Below, piece after piece: positions 36,624 to 46,620 of a stretch of 64,000 nucleotides of DNA. The stretch lies in the NCBI GenBank assembly GCA_965213625.1, contig CBDBZU010000004.1, positions 2,720,001-2,784,000 on the forward strand, given 5' to 3'. Position 1 is the stretch's first letter; every line of letters starts with the position of its first letter. The notes beneath the pieces were generated by a model that was given only the letters and a program-made list of their open reading frames with translations, was not told the DNA's origin and searched no databases. The stretch is from a bacterium. GTDB lineage: Bacteria; UBA8248. Position numbers and translations under genes: made by a program.

Positions 36624-37184
36624 CTACTCTGCACGTAAAGTATTTTTCGTCGCCGATGCGGCCTCGGCCAGCGCTTCTTCTTCCGCCACGGGCATGGCCT
36701 CACCCCTGATCTCTAGGTACGCCTCGATCACGTTTAGGGTAGATATCCCGCCCTCCAGCGCTTCCCAGCCAGCCAGGGCCGCACCCAGATGCGCCGCCTC
36801 TGGTGCTGCGGCGTGTATTGAGACGATGGCGTCTAGGTCCACCGAGGCGATGCGGAGTTCGTGGTTTTCGATGACGTTTTGTGTGTTCAGGACGAGAACG
36901 CCGGCGGGTTTTAAGGCGTTCCCCATCGGGGGGACGACGGCGAGAAGGGGGTCGCAGACGATTTCGAGGTCGTACTCCGCTGGTATGGCGAGGTCGGTGA
37001 GTTGAACCCGAGAAATTTTCACCACCGCCCTATCGGGTGAACCGGGTGGAGAAGGAAAGCCCGGCGTACGCACCTGGGCGGAGAACCCGGCCCGGTTGGC
37101 TGCGCCGGCGAAGATGCGCGCAGCATTCAGGAAAAGGTCCTCCCCGCCGATTTCGCGTCTTCCATGAAAACAAACAACGCGCAT
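36624..37184 (-). CDS. Divergent 2-oxoacid:acceptor oxidoreductase gamma-subunit-like protein
   Basis: FHGR..GG at the N-terminus, RG-like ...P.RAVVKIS, D...V.DP and LKP.G.LVLN pattern of the POR gamma domain. Confidence 0.55.
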   Translation of the reverse strand: MRVVCFHGRREIGGEDLFLNAARIFAGAANRAGFSAQVRTPGFPSPPGSPDRAVVKISRVQLTDLAIPAEYDLEIVCDPLLAVVPPMGNALKPAGVLVLNTQNVIENHELRIASVDLDAIVSIHAAAPEAAHLGAALAGWEALEGGISTLNVIEAYLEIRGEAMPVAEEEALAEAASATKNTLRAE

Positions 37185-37378
37185 GGCATTATTTCCGCCC
37201 TGTATGAGAAATAATTGCAAACCCTTGACAGCTTTAACAAAATCGAAGGTTCTTTTCCATCTTTCAAGTTGACATCGAAAACGCGCCCTCGCAATATGGC
37301 CCCAATGAATTCCCGGCAAGCCGAGTCGCCCAATAGTTTCGTTGCGTCGATGGCCGGGCGCAAAATGGAGAATGCGTT

Positions 37379-38773
37379 TTGAGCAAGAAGTTCAAAATAT
37401 TCACATACGGCTGCCAGATGAACCGCTACGATACCGAGACGATTACCGGGCATCTGGAGGCCGAAGGGTATGAGGAGACCGAATCGAACGAGGCGGCCGA
37501 CCTCATACTGCTGAACACCTGCTCGATACGCGACAAGGCGGAGCAGAAGGTTTATAGCCAGCTCGGGCGTCTCGACAAGCTCAAGAAAACGAATCCTGCT
37601 CTCAAAGTCGGCGTTTGCGGCTGTTTCGCAACGCGCGACGGGGAGGCGATTGCGAAGCGCGGCAAAGCGGTCGACCTCGTCTTCGGCACCCAGAACATCG
37701 CCAAGCTCCCGATGCTTCTCGAGGAGATGGAAGAGCACCGGGTTGTCGATACCGAGCCTATTGCGCCTGATTTCACCGAACTCGCCCCGATGGTGCGCGG
37801 AGGCGGGCTGAACGCCTTCGTGAGCATCGCGCGCGGGTGCGATAATTTCTGCACCTTCTGCGTCGTGCCCTACACGCGCGGACCCGAGTGGAGCAAGCCC
37901 AGCGAACTCATCGTGGACGAAGTCGAACGCGCGGTTTCCGAGGGTTTCCGGGAAGTCACGCTCCTCGGCCAGAACGTGAACTCCTACGGCTTCAAATCTC
38001 CTGGCGAACTCACCTTCGGCGGGCTGCTCAGGCGCCTGAACGAGGTGGACGGGCTCGAGCGCATCCGCTTCATGACGTCGCACCCGAAGGATTGCGATGA
38101 AGATATGGTCGCCGCGATGGGGGAATCCCCAAAAGTGTGCGAGCATCTTCATCTTCCTGTTCAGTCTGGTGCGGACGCGGTGCTGGCGCGCATGGAGCGT
38201 GGCTACACGGCGGAAGAATATCTCGAAAAAGTCTCTCTCTTCAGGGAGCGCGTGAAGGATGGGGTGCTGACTTCTGACGTCATCATCGGTTTTCCCGGCG
38301 AGCGGGATGAGGATTTCGAGGGGACGCTCCGCGTTTTGCGCGAGGCGCGCTACGACAACATCTACATGTTCAAGTACTCCCCCCGGCCCGGAACGCCCGC
38401 GTTCGATATGACGGACACCCTTCCCGAGGAGGTGCTCACCGAGCGCTTCGAGGAGGCGAGCCGTGTGCAGCGCGAGATGACGGAGAGTCTGCATGCGGAA
38501 CTCGTCGACAGCGTTCAGGAGGTGATGGTGGAAGGAGCCGTGAAGCCCAAGAGTGCGCCCGCAGGCTGCGCGGGGTGCTCTGATTTTGCGGATGAATCGG
38601 ATTCGAACTGGTTTGCGGGTCGCAGTCGAGGAAATCACAGGGTACAATTGTACGCGGAGGGTTTTACGCCCGAGCCGGGAGACGTAGTCGAGGTGAAAAT
38701 CATGAGGGGCGGCATTCACTCTCTGGCTGGAGTATCGCCGCCAAGCGCCGTGGCGATGGAGGAAGACGAATGA
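37379..38773 (+). CDS. miaB: tRNA-2-methylthio-N6-dimethylallyladenosine synthase
   Basis: TYGCQMN, NTCSIRDKAEQK, radical SAM GCDNFCTFCVVPYTRG, HLPVQSG and TRAM domain. Confidence 0.96.
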   Translation: MSKKFKIFTYGCQMNRYDTETITGHLEAEGYEETESNEAADLILLNTCSIRDKAEQKVYSQLGRLDKLKKTNPALKVGVCGCFATRDGEAIAKRGKAVDLVFGTQNIAKLPMLLEEMEEHRVVDTEPIAPDFTELAPMVRGGGLNAFVSIARGCDNFCTFCVVPYTRGPEWSKPSELIVDEVERAVSEGFREVTLLGQNVNSYGFKSPGELTFGGLLRRLNEVDGLERIRFMTSHPKDCDEDMVAAMGESPKVCEHLHLPVQSGADAVLARMERGYTAEEYLEKVSLFRERVKDGVLTSDVIIGFPGERDEDFEGTLRVLREARYDNIYMFKYSPRPGTPAFDMTDTLPEEVLTERFEEASRVQREMTESLHAELVDSVQEVMVEGAVKPKSAPAGCAGCSDFADESDSNWFAGRSRGNHRVQLYAEGFTPEPGDVVEVKIMRGGIHSLAGVSPPSAVAMEEDE

Positions 38774-39333
38774 TGATCGAGATGAAAGTCAAGGGCCTCA
38801 CGCTCGATCCGCACACCAATGTGCCGATTGTGGTGCTGCGCGAGACCGAGGGGGAGCGAGCCCTGCCCATCTGGGTGGGCATTTTCGAGGCTCACGCCAT
38901 CGCGCGCGAAATTGAAAGCTTCGAGACGCCGCGTCCGATGACCCACGATCTGATCAAGAACATGATCAACGACTTGAAGGGCCAGGTCGATAAGATCCTC
39001 ATCAACGATCTGCGGGACAACACCTTTTTCGCCGAAATTCATCTTTCCGTGAACGGCTCGGAAATCGTCGTCGATTCGAGACCCTCCGACGCCATCGCCG
39101 TGGCCCTGCGAATGGGCAGCCCGATATTCGTGGAGGAGAAGGTGCTCGAGGAGGCGAAGAGCATCCAGTTCAACGAAGAGGAAGTGAAAGAGGGCGTCTC
39201 CGGGATGGAGCCGCCCTCGGGTGAAGACGCCCCCCCCGAGTCGGAAAAGCCGATCGAAGAAGAACCCGAAGACATCAAGGAATGGCTTAAAGACCTCAAG
39301 CCTGACGATTTTCTAAAAGAGGACAACAACTAA
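38770..39333 (+). CDS. Bifunctional nuclease family protein (DUF151)
   Basis: LPIWVG.FEA, PRPMTHDL and DSRPSDAIA motifs. Confidence 0.92.
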   Translation: MMIEMKVKGLTLDPHTNVPIVVLRETEGERALPIWVGIFEAHAIAREIESFETPRPMTHDLIKNMINDLKGQVDKILINDLRDNTFFAEIHLSVNGSEIVVDSRPSDAIAVALRMGSPIFVEEKVLEEAKSIQFNEEEVKEGVSGMEPPSGEDAPPESEKPIEEEPEDIKEWLKDLKPDDFLKEDNN

Positions 39334-39368
39334 GGCGAGGCTCGCCCGGGCGTCGCCCCCACCGGAGT

Positions 39369-40025
39369 TTGACCGCTTTGCTTCTCTATCTTTTGCGACA
39401 CGGCGAGACGGACTGGAATGTCGAACAGCGCATTCAGGGCGTCTCCGATACCGCGCTCAACGAAGTGGGCGTCGCACAGGCCGAAGCGCTCGCATGCGCG
39501 TTGCGCGGACGCCCGATCGTTCGCGTCTATGCGAGTCCGCTGATGCGCGCGAGGCGCACTGCCGAAATTGTCGCGCACGCCCTCGACGCGCCCCTGCTCG
39601 AGGAGGCGGGCATCGCCGAGCTGAACCAGGGCGAACTCGAGGGAGAGCCCTTTCGCCGGCTTCCTGAGACGCACCCCGATTTCATGCACGTATGGCGGAA
39701 CTATCCTGCGCGTGCGCGCATGCCGGGCGGCGAGACGCTCGCGGAATTACAGGAGAGGGCCTGGGCCGCGATGGAGCGCTTCCTCTCAGCGCATGAAAAC
39801 GAGGTCATCGCCGCGGTGAGCCACAACTTGGCGATCATCATGATCCTTTGCCGGATTCTGGGCGTGGAACTCAACGGCTTCAGGCGGATACGTCAGCACA
39901 ACGCCGCGGTGAACATCATCGAGCATTCGCCAGAGCGGGGCTGGAGCGTCGTGACGATGAACTCCCTGGCGCACCTTCAGGACGCGCCCGTCTCGGAGCG
40001 GAATCCGTTTCAGCCCTATATCTGA
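39369..40025 (+). CDS. Histidine phosphatase (phosphoglycerate mutase family)
   Basis: LRHGETDWN, SPL.RA..TA, PGGET and VSH motifs. Confidence 0.9.
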   Translation: MTALLLYLLRHGETDWNVEQRIQGVSDTALNEVGVAQAEALACALRGRPIVRVYASPLMRARRTAEIVAHALDAPLLEEAGIAELNQGELEGEPFRRLPETHPDFMHVWRNYPARARMPGGETLAELQERAWAAMERFLSAHENEVIAAVSHNLAIIMILCRILGVELNGFRRIRQHNAAVNIIEHSPERGWSVVTMNSLAHLQDAPVSERNPFQPYI

Positions 40026-40052
40026 GAATGGATTGCGGGGTGAGCGCGCGGC

Positions 40053-40244
40053 TCAGTCGTAGTCCTTGCCTTCGGGGTCGGAGACGTTTCGGTAGTAATC
40101 GTGAATGTCTTCGACGAGGTGGTCGACCTCGGTTTTCGGTTTTTTCCGCTTGGACGCCATGTAGCGGTACAGCAGATAAAAGGCGATGAATCCCAGGAAA
40201 AAGCCCAGGGCCATCCCGTCGAGGAATGTCTGGTATTCGCCCAT
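40053..40244 (-). CDS. Small single-TM hypothetical protein (63 aa)
   Basis: GGAG RBS, hydrophobic segment followed by basic residues (positive-inside), upstream TTGACA. Confidence 0.55.
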   Translation of the reverse strand: MGEYQTFLDGMALGFFLGFIAFYLLYRYMASKRKKPKTEVDHLVEDIHDYYRNVSDPEGKDYD

Positions 40245-40434
40245 CTGAACGCTCCGGCCTGTGATTTCGTGTATGGATTCACCTTATCTTCGGGGGCGTT
40301 TGCCTGTCAACCGAATGGACAGTTGGGCCGATTCGCCGAGAAGCGTTAAGGTGCGGATATGAATGACGAGGGCGCTTCATCTGCGCGTTGTTGTACGAGG
40401 GCTGCATGTTTGACCCACACCAGAGATTATTAAA

Positions 40435-42570
40435 ATGAGTGCGAGAGAGCACAGGACGTATACGATCAAGCGGCCCGCGCCTTCTCCCGCGCGGCGCAAG
40501 GCGTATGAAGAGAAGCTCAACCCCCAGCAACTGGAGGTCGTGATGGCGGGCGGGGGCCCGCTTCTCGTCATCGCGGGGGCGGGCAGCGGCAAGACGCACA
40601 CCATCACCTACCGCCTCGCGCGTCTCGTGGAAGACGGCGTCGCGCCCGAATCCATCCTACTCGTCACATTTACGAACAAGGCGGCGCGCGAGATGCTCCA
40701 CCGGGCCGCCTCCCTCATCCAGACGGACGCGCGGCGCGTGTGGGGCGGCACGTTCCACCACGTGGGGAATCTGATACTGAGGCGTTACGGGAGCCTCATG
40801 GGGTATGAGCCGAATTTCACCATCCTGGATCGCGAGGACGCAGCCGATCTGGTGACGGAGTGCATCCGCCTCGCGGGGTTTGACCCGAAGGAGAAGTATT
40901 TCCCGAGAGGCCGCGTGCTGGAGTCGATTTTCGCCCTCGCCGCCGATACCGACCGCAGCGTTTCTGAAACTGTTCTGGGCCGGTATTCTTACCTGGCGGA
41001 CCGCCTGGGCGAAATAGAGAAAATCGCCGACCATTACGAGAAGCGCAAGAAAGAGATTCAGGCGGTTGATTTCTCGGGCCTCCTCTCCCTTACGCGGAAC
41101 CTGCTCGCAGAGCACGAGGAGGTGCGCAGGGAGCTCCAGGCGCGCTTCCGCTATATCCTCGTGGATGAGTACCAGGACACGAACAAGGTGCAGGCCGACC
41201 TGGTGGACCACCTCGCCGGAGAGCAGAAAAACGTCACCGTGGTGGGAGATGACGCGCAGAGCATCTACAGCTTCAGAGGCGCTCATTTCGAGAACATCAT
41301 CACATTTCCAGAGCGATACCCCGACGCCAGGCTATTCCGCCTGGAGGAGAACTACAGGAGTACGGCTTCCATCCTCGCGCTCGCCAACGTCTCCATCTCC
41401 CACAACAAGCGCCAGTTCAAGAAAAACCTGAAATCCACGCGCGGCGAGGGGATGAAGCCCGCCCTCGTGGCCGCGCGCGACGCCATGCAGCAGGCGGACT
41501 TCGTGGTCGACCGCACGCTGGCGCTGCGCGATGAGGAGGACGTGCCGCTCTCCCAGATCGCGGTGCTCTACCGGGCGCACTACCACTCGATGGAACTCCA
41601 GATGGAGCTCACACGCCGGGGCATTCCCTTCGAGATCAGAAGCGGGCTGCGCTTTTTCGAGCAGCGCCACATCAAGGACGTCACGGCGTTTCTCCGGCTG
41701 GTGAGCTCCCCGTCGGACGAGTTGGCCTGGAAGCGCGCGCTCAAGCTCCTGCCCGGCGTGGGGGACGTGACGGCGCACCGGGTGTGGGAGCAGGTAAAAA
41801 TGTATGAGGAGCCCTTCTCTTTTCTCGAGAGCGGCGAAGTGGGTTCCGTCCCCGGGAAAGCGCGCAAAGGTTTTGATGTTTTCAGTAAGCTGGTCTTCGA
41901 ACTCACAGGCGCGCCGCGCGCGGTCAAGGGCGTTGAGCAGTCCGCCCTCCCGCCGACGGAGATGATAAACCTCGTGCTGGATCGGTTTTATCAGGAATAC
42001 GTCGAGAACACCTTTGAAGATGCCGAAGCGCGCATCGAGGATGTGCGCCAGCTCGCGGAATACGCGGTGCAGTACGATGAGGCGACGGCGTTTCTCTCCG
42101 AACTCGCGCTCATGGGAACGGCCGCCGCGGCAGGTCCCGCGACCCCGGACGATCAAGACGAGCCGGATGAGTCGATGGTCCTGACATCGGTTCATCAGGC
42201 GAAGGGGCTGGAGTGGAAGGTGGTGTTCCTCCTCTGGCTCACCGATACCCGTTTTCCCTCGACGCGGTCGCTGGCGGACCCCGAAGGAGAGGAGGAGGAG
42301 CGGCGGCTTTTCTACGTCGCCCTCACGCGGGCGAAGGACGAACTCTACATGTGCCAGCCCATGCTCGAGAGCGAGGCGTGGAAGATGGGGGCGTTCTCCA
42401 GGCTTTCAAGATACGTGGAAGAACTGCCCGAAGAACTGTATGAGCGCTGGCTGCTGGAAGAGGAGGCGATAGAGACCCCGCAGGATGAAGAGGCCCCGGA
42501 GCCTGCATCTCGTCTCGCCGACCCTGATGAGCCCGACGGCCTGCGATATGAATATGACGAGGACGCATGA
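40435..42570 (+). CDS. ATP-dependent DNA helicase, UvrD/PcrA/Rep family
   Basis: AGAGSGKT, TFTNKAA, VDEYQD, VGDDAQSIYSFRGA, NYRS, HQAKGLE and EERRLFYVA.TRA motifs. Confidence 0.95.
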   Translation: MSAREHRTYTIKRPAPSPARRKAYEEKLNPQQLEVVMAGGGPLLVIAGAGSGKTHTITYRLARLVEDGVAPESILLVTFTNKAAREMLHRAASLIQTDARRVWGGTFHHVGNLILRRYGSLMGYEPNFTILDREDAADLVTECIRLAGFDPKEKYFPRGRVLESIFALAADTDRSVSETVLGRYSYLADRLGEIEKIADHYEKRKKEIQAVDFSGLLSLTRNLLAEHEEVRRELQARFRYILVDEYQDTNKVQADLVDHLAGEQKNVTVVGDDAQSIYSFRGAHFENIITFPERYPDARLFRLEENYRSTASILALANVSISHNKRQFKKNLKSTRGEGMKPALVAARDAMQQADFVVDRTLALRDEEDVPLSQIAVLYRAHYHSMELQMELTRRGIPFEIRSGLRFFEQRHIKDVTAFLRLVSSPSDELAWKRALKLLPGVGDVTAHRVWEQVKMYEEPFSFLESGEVGSVPGKARKGFDVFSKLVFELTGAPRAVKGVEQSALPPTEMINLVLDRFYQEYVENTFEDAEARIEDVRQLAEYAVQYDEATAFLSELALMGTAAAAGPATPDDQDEPDESMVLTSVHQAKGLEWKVVFLLWLTDTRFPSTRSLADPEGEEEERRLFYVALTRAKDELYMCQPMLESEAWKMGAFSRLSRYVEELPEELYERWLLEEEAIETPQDEEAPEPASRLADPDEPDGLRYEYDEDA

Positions 42571-42743
42571 GCGCTTGTTCGCCGCCGCCCCTTCGCGCTA
42601 TGATTTTCGCCCGATTCCCAGAGGGAATGAGTAGTTTTCGAGCGGCCTTTCTCGTTAGGCTTCATACCGGGTCGTTGTTCGTCATCATAGGCCAAGGAAT
42701 AAAATTCGTGTCATTCGCAGTTATAAATGGAGGATTGAAGTTC

Positions 42744-43550
42744 GTGTCCGAGGATAAGAAATACGCACCGGGGAGTTTCTGCTGGGCCGATCTGGTGGCG
42801 AAGGAGGTGGGCGTCGCCAAGGATTTCTATACGTCCCTGTTCGGCTGGACGTATGAGGATCGGCCCGTGATGGACGAGGCGGTTTACACCATGTTTTCAA
42901 AAGACGGAAAACAGACCTGCGCCATGTTCGAGATGTTTCCAGGAATGCTGGAGAGCGGCCATCCCTCTTTCTGGCAGAGCTACGTGTCGGTGGAAAACGC
43001 CGATGAGACGGTGAAGAAGGCGGTGGAACTCGGCGGCCAAGCCGCCCAGGAGCCGTGCGACGTGCTCGACGTGGGCCGCATGGCGATGATTCGCGACCCG
43101 GGGGAGGCGTTCCTGTGTATTTGGCAGCCGAAGGCGCACAAGGGCGCGGATATCATGAACGAGCCGGGCGCGCTCAACTGGAATGAACTACTTACGAAAG
43201 ACGTAGAACGCGCCGGTTCGTTTTACGCCGAACTGTTCGGCTGGACGAGCACAGTGATGCCCGACCCCGCGGGCGGGGACTACACGGTGTTCATGAGCGG
43301 CGAGGAGCCGCGCGCCGGGATGATCGAACTCCAGCCCGAGATGGGCGAGATGCCCCCGCACTGGGGGGTATATTTTCAGGTGGAAAATTTTGACGCCGCG
43401 CTCGAAAAGGCAATCAGCCTGGGCGGGCAGGGCACTTTCCCCCCGATCGATGTTCCCGACGTGGGGAGAATCGGCGGAATCATGGACCCGCAGGGAGCGT
43501 GCTTCACGGCGATGGAATCTGCGATGGCGTCGGCGGATTCATGCCAGTGA
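42744..43550 (+). CDS. VOC/glyoxalase family protein (two-domain, CFP32-like)
   Basis: PGSFCWADL...FY..LFGW and W.EL...FY..LFGW repeats; GTG start after GGAGG. Confidence 0.88.
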   Translation: MSEDKKYAPGSFCWADLVAKEVGVAKDFYTSLFGWTYEDRPVMDEAVYTMFSKDGKQTCAMFEMFPGMLESGHPSFWQSYVSVENADETVKKAVELGGQAAQEPCDVLDVGRMAMIRDPGEAFLCIWQPKAHKGADIMNEPGALNWNELLTKDVERAGSFYAELFGWTSTVMPDPAGGDYTVFMSGEEPRAGMIELQPEMGEMPPHWGVYFQVENFDAALEKAISLGGQGTFPPIDVPDVGRIGGIMDPQGACFTAMESAMASADSCQ

Positions 43551-43633
43551 TTTTTATGGCCATAAATACGCTCGCCATCGACTGCGCGCGAGGGCGTGCT
43601 CATCGGCTTACAACTACAGGAGTATGAAAACGT

Positions 43634-44278
43634 ATGAACTATAAAACCATCGACCCCGCCGACAACCACTGGCGGCAGAACTACCGCCTGCTCGTCGGCT
43701 CCGTCGTGCCGAGGCCCATCGCCTGGGTGAGCACCATCAGCGTGGACGGCCACGCGAACCTGGCGCCCTTCAGCTTCTTCACCTGCGTGGGCCACGACCC
43801 GCCCCTGCTCTCGATATCGGTGGGCGTGCGCGAGAGTTCCTACAAGGATACGGCGCGCAACATCATGGAGACGCAGGGCTACGTCATCCACACTGTGGTG
43901 GACGGCCTCGAGGAGCAGATGAACATCTGCGCGGACGACTATCCCTTCGAGGTGAACGAGTTCGAGGAAGCGGGCTTGACGCCGCTCGATTCCGATCTCG
44001 TAAAGGCGCCGCGCATCGCCGAAGCCCCCGTGGCGATGGAGTGCCAGTTCCGCCACCTCATCACGAACGGGCGCGAGCACCTGACGAACGTCATCATCGG
44101 CGAGGTGGTGCGCTGGCACGTGCGCGAGGACGTGATGATAGAGGAGGGGAAATACATCGACCCCGTGCTGCTCCGGCCCGTTGGCAGGCTCGCGGGGAAC
44201 GGATACTGCCGCTCGCACGATGTGTTCGACATGCAGCGGCCCGACAGGAAAACGACGCAGTTCAGCCCCAAGGGCTGA
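43634..44278 (+). CDS. Flavin reductase (DIM6/NTAB) family FMN-binding protein
   Basis: VVPRPIAWVST, NLAPFSFF, KDT.RNI and GRLAG..Y motifs. Confidence 0.92.
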   Translation: MNYKTIDPADNHWRQNYRLLVGSVVPRPIAWVSTISVDGHANLAPFSFFTCVGHDPPLLSISVGVRESSYKDTARNIMETQGYVIHTVVDGLEEQMNICADDYPFEVNEFEEAGLTPLDSDLVKAPRIAEAPVAMECQFRHLITNGREHLTNVIIGEVVRWHVREDVMIEEGKYIDPVLLRPVGRLAGNGYCRSHDVFDMQRPDRKTTQFSPKG

Positions 44279-44329
44279 GCCGGAATCATATCCATAATAA
44301 AATCCTCTTAAGCGAAGGAGGGGAGTGAG

Positions 44330-45400
44330 ATGAGCGATATCCCGGAAACCATGAAGGCCGCCGTCACGCATGACGCGCACGAGGTGCGCATCGAGCAGAT
44401 TCCCGTTCCCGATTACGAACCCGACCAGGTGCTGGTGAAGGTCGCCGCCTGCGGCATCTGCGGCACGGACATCCATATCTATGAGGGGCACATGCGCCCC
44501 ATGTGGCCGCCCTTTTATCCCTTCATCCAGGGCCACGAGTGGGCCGGGGAAGTAGCCGCCATCGGAAGCAGTGCGAAGACCTCTCTCCAGGTGGGCGACC
44601 GCGTCATCATGGAGCCGACGGTCGGCTGCGGTACATGCGTCACTTGCATCCGGGGCGACTACCACATCTGCGAGAACGCCGCGAAGCCCGACGGCGGCTA
44701 CAAGCTGCTGGGCCATACGGCGAACGGCGCTTTCAGCGAATACGGCCTGGCGCCGCCGAACAACCTCCACAAGATGCCCGAATCCATGAAGTGGGAGGAC
44801 GCGGTGATCGTGAACCAGGTGGTCATCGCGCTCCACGCCATCGATCGCGCGGGCATCGAACCGGCCGATACCGTGGCGATTCTGGGCCCCGGCCTGCTGG
44901 GCCTCGCCGTGCTCCAGCTCGTGAAGATGATGGGCGCTTCCAAAACCTTCATCACCGGGCGCGGCTACCGGCTGGGAATCGCGGAGGAACTGGGGGCCGA
45001 CCGCACCATCGACATCACGAAAGAAGACCCCGTAGAGGTCGTGAAGCAGGAGACCGACGGACGCGGGGTGGACCTCGTCATCGAGTGCGCCGGCCCGCCC
45101 GAGACGATGCGCCAGGCGGTGGATATGGCCCGGCGCGGCGGACGCGTGGTTTTAGAGGGCATCAACGGCGGCCAGGAGGTGTCCTTGAACACCGACCGCA
45201 TCGTGCTCGACGAGATAGCCATATTCGGCGGGCGCGGCTCACCCAACTGCTACCCGAGGGCCATCCAGATCATCGCCGACGGCCACATCGCCACTGACAA
45301 GATGCTCACGCACTCGTTCGCGCTCGATGAGTTCAACGAAGCGATGCGCATGTTCAAGGCGCGAGAAGACGGCGTGATGCGCGTGATGCTGACGCCCTAA
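44330..45400 (+). CDS. Zn-dependent MDR alcohol dehydrogenase
   Basis: GICGTD, GHE, CGTCVTC-x7-C and GPGLLG motifs. Confidence 0.9.
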   Translation: MSDIPETMKAAVTHDAHEVRIEQIPVPDYEPDQVLVKVAACGICGTDIHIYEGHMRPMWPPFYPFIQGHEWAGEVAAIGSSAKTSLQVGDRVIMEPTVGCGTCVTCIRGDYHICENAAKPDGGYKLLGHTANGAFSEYGLAPPNNLHKMPESMKWEDAVIVNQVVIALHAIDRAGIEPADTVAILGPGLLGLAVLQLVKMMGASKTFITGRGYRLGIAEELGADRTIDITKEDPVEVVKQETDGRGVDLVIECAGPPETMRQAVDMARRGGRVVLEGINGGQEVSLNTDRIVLDEIAIFGGRGSPNCYPRAIQIIADGHIATDKMLTHSFALDEFNEAMRMFKAREDGVMRVMLTP

Positions 45401-45489
45401 GATTTTATCGAGAGGATTGCGCCGCCGCGCAGCGGTGCTTGAGACGCCTGGAGCCGGATTCGGCTTCGGCCACATGAGGGGAGAAATCC

Positions 45490-46539
45490 ATGCCTGAGAA
45501 ACTCCTGCCCACCACCGTCGTGGGCAGCTACACACAGCCGGACTGGCTCATCGACCGCGAGAATCTCAACACGCGCCTTCCTCCGCGCGTGCGAGTGCAG
45601 GAATTGTGGCGCATACCGCCCGAGTATTTAGAGGCCGCGCAGGATGACGCCACCCTCCTCGCGATCCGCGACATGGAACGCGCGGGAATCGACATCATCT
45701 CCGACGGCGAGGCGCGCCGCGAGAGCTATTCGAACCGCGTCTCCACGGCCCTGGGCGGCATCGATACCGAGAACCACGGCTATGCGAAAGACCGCTCGGG
45801 CCGGGACAATCCCGTCCCCCGCGTGATAGGCAAGATCCACCGCGCAAGGCCCATCGAGGTGAGCGACGTGGAGTTTTTGCGCGCCAATACGGACCGGCAA
45901 ATCAAGATCACGCTGCCGGGCCCCTTCACCATGACGCAGCAGGCGCAGGATGACTACTACGGAGGCGACCAGCGCGCGATGGCGCTCGACTACGCCCGCG
46001 CTGTGAACGAGGAGGTGAAGGACATGTTCGCCGCAGGCGCCGACGTGGTGCAGTTAGACGAGCCCTACATGCAGGCGCGCGCGGAGATTGCCAGGGAATT
46101 CGCCCTGGAAGTGCTCGGCGAGGCGTTAAAGGGCGTGGAAGGAACCACGGCTCTCCACATGTGTTTCGGCTACGCGGCCATCCACGCCTGGCAGGGACTG
46201 GGCAAGCCCGACGCATATTCCTTCCTCCCGGAACTCAACGAGAGCGACATCGACCAGATATCCATCGAGGCGGCCCAGCCGGGCATCGACCTCGCCGTGC
46301 TGGAGAAGCTGCCGGACAAGACCATCATCCTGGGCGTCATCGACAACGACGACCCCGGGATCGAAACGCCTGAAACCGTGGCCGCGCGCATCCGGGCGGC
46401 GCTCGATCACATATCGCCCGAGCGTCTCATCCTCGCGCCCGATTGCGGCATGAAATACATGGCCCGCGACGTCGCCTTCGGCAAGCTCAAGTCCATGGCG
46501 GAGGGCGCCGCCATCGTGCGTGAGGAGATCGGGGGGTAG
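45490..46539 (+). CDS. Cobalamin-independent methionine synthase II family (MetE C-terminal half only)
   Basis: TTVVGSY, DGE.RR, PGPFT, QLDEP, HMC and PDCG Zn ligands. Confidence 0.88.
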   Translation: MPEKLLPTTVVGSYTQPDWLIDRENLNTRLPPRVRVQELWRIPPEYLEAAQDDATLLAIRDMERAGIDIISDGEARRESYSNRVSTALGGIDTENHGYAKDRSGRDNPVPRVIGKIHRARPIEVSDVEFLRANTDRQIKITLPGPFTMTQQAQDDYYGGDQRAMALDYARAVNEEVKDMFAAGADVVQLDEPYMQARAEIAREFALEVLGEALKGVEGTTALHMCFGYAAIHAWQGLGKPDAYSFLPELNESDIDQISIEAAQPGIDLAVLEKLPDKTIILGVIDNDDPGIETPETVAARIRAALDHISPERLILAPDCGMKYMARDVAFGKLKSMAEGAAIVREEIGG

Positions 46540-46620
46540 GGGGAGGTTCCGATGGCTCAGTCTCCCGGTTATGGTATGGTGTTCTCATCATCCGCCCACC
46601 GAAGCGATTCGGATACCCAC

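Noticed and set aside
37127-38719. 530-aa minus-strand ORF, and similar long ORFs at 4207-5337, 15861-17267, 28266-29357 and 43376-44836
   Set aside because: Antisense or alternate-frame shadows of well-supported genes in high-GC DNA; no recognisable motifs.
43540-43565. Other UGA readthrough candidates (VOC gene ...SCQ-TGA, Dam ...CAA-TGA)
   Set aside because: Both domains are already complete, the TGA is not at a conserved Cys position, and the VOC frame closes within a few codons.
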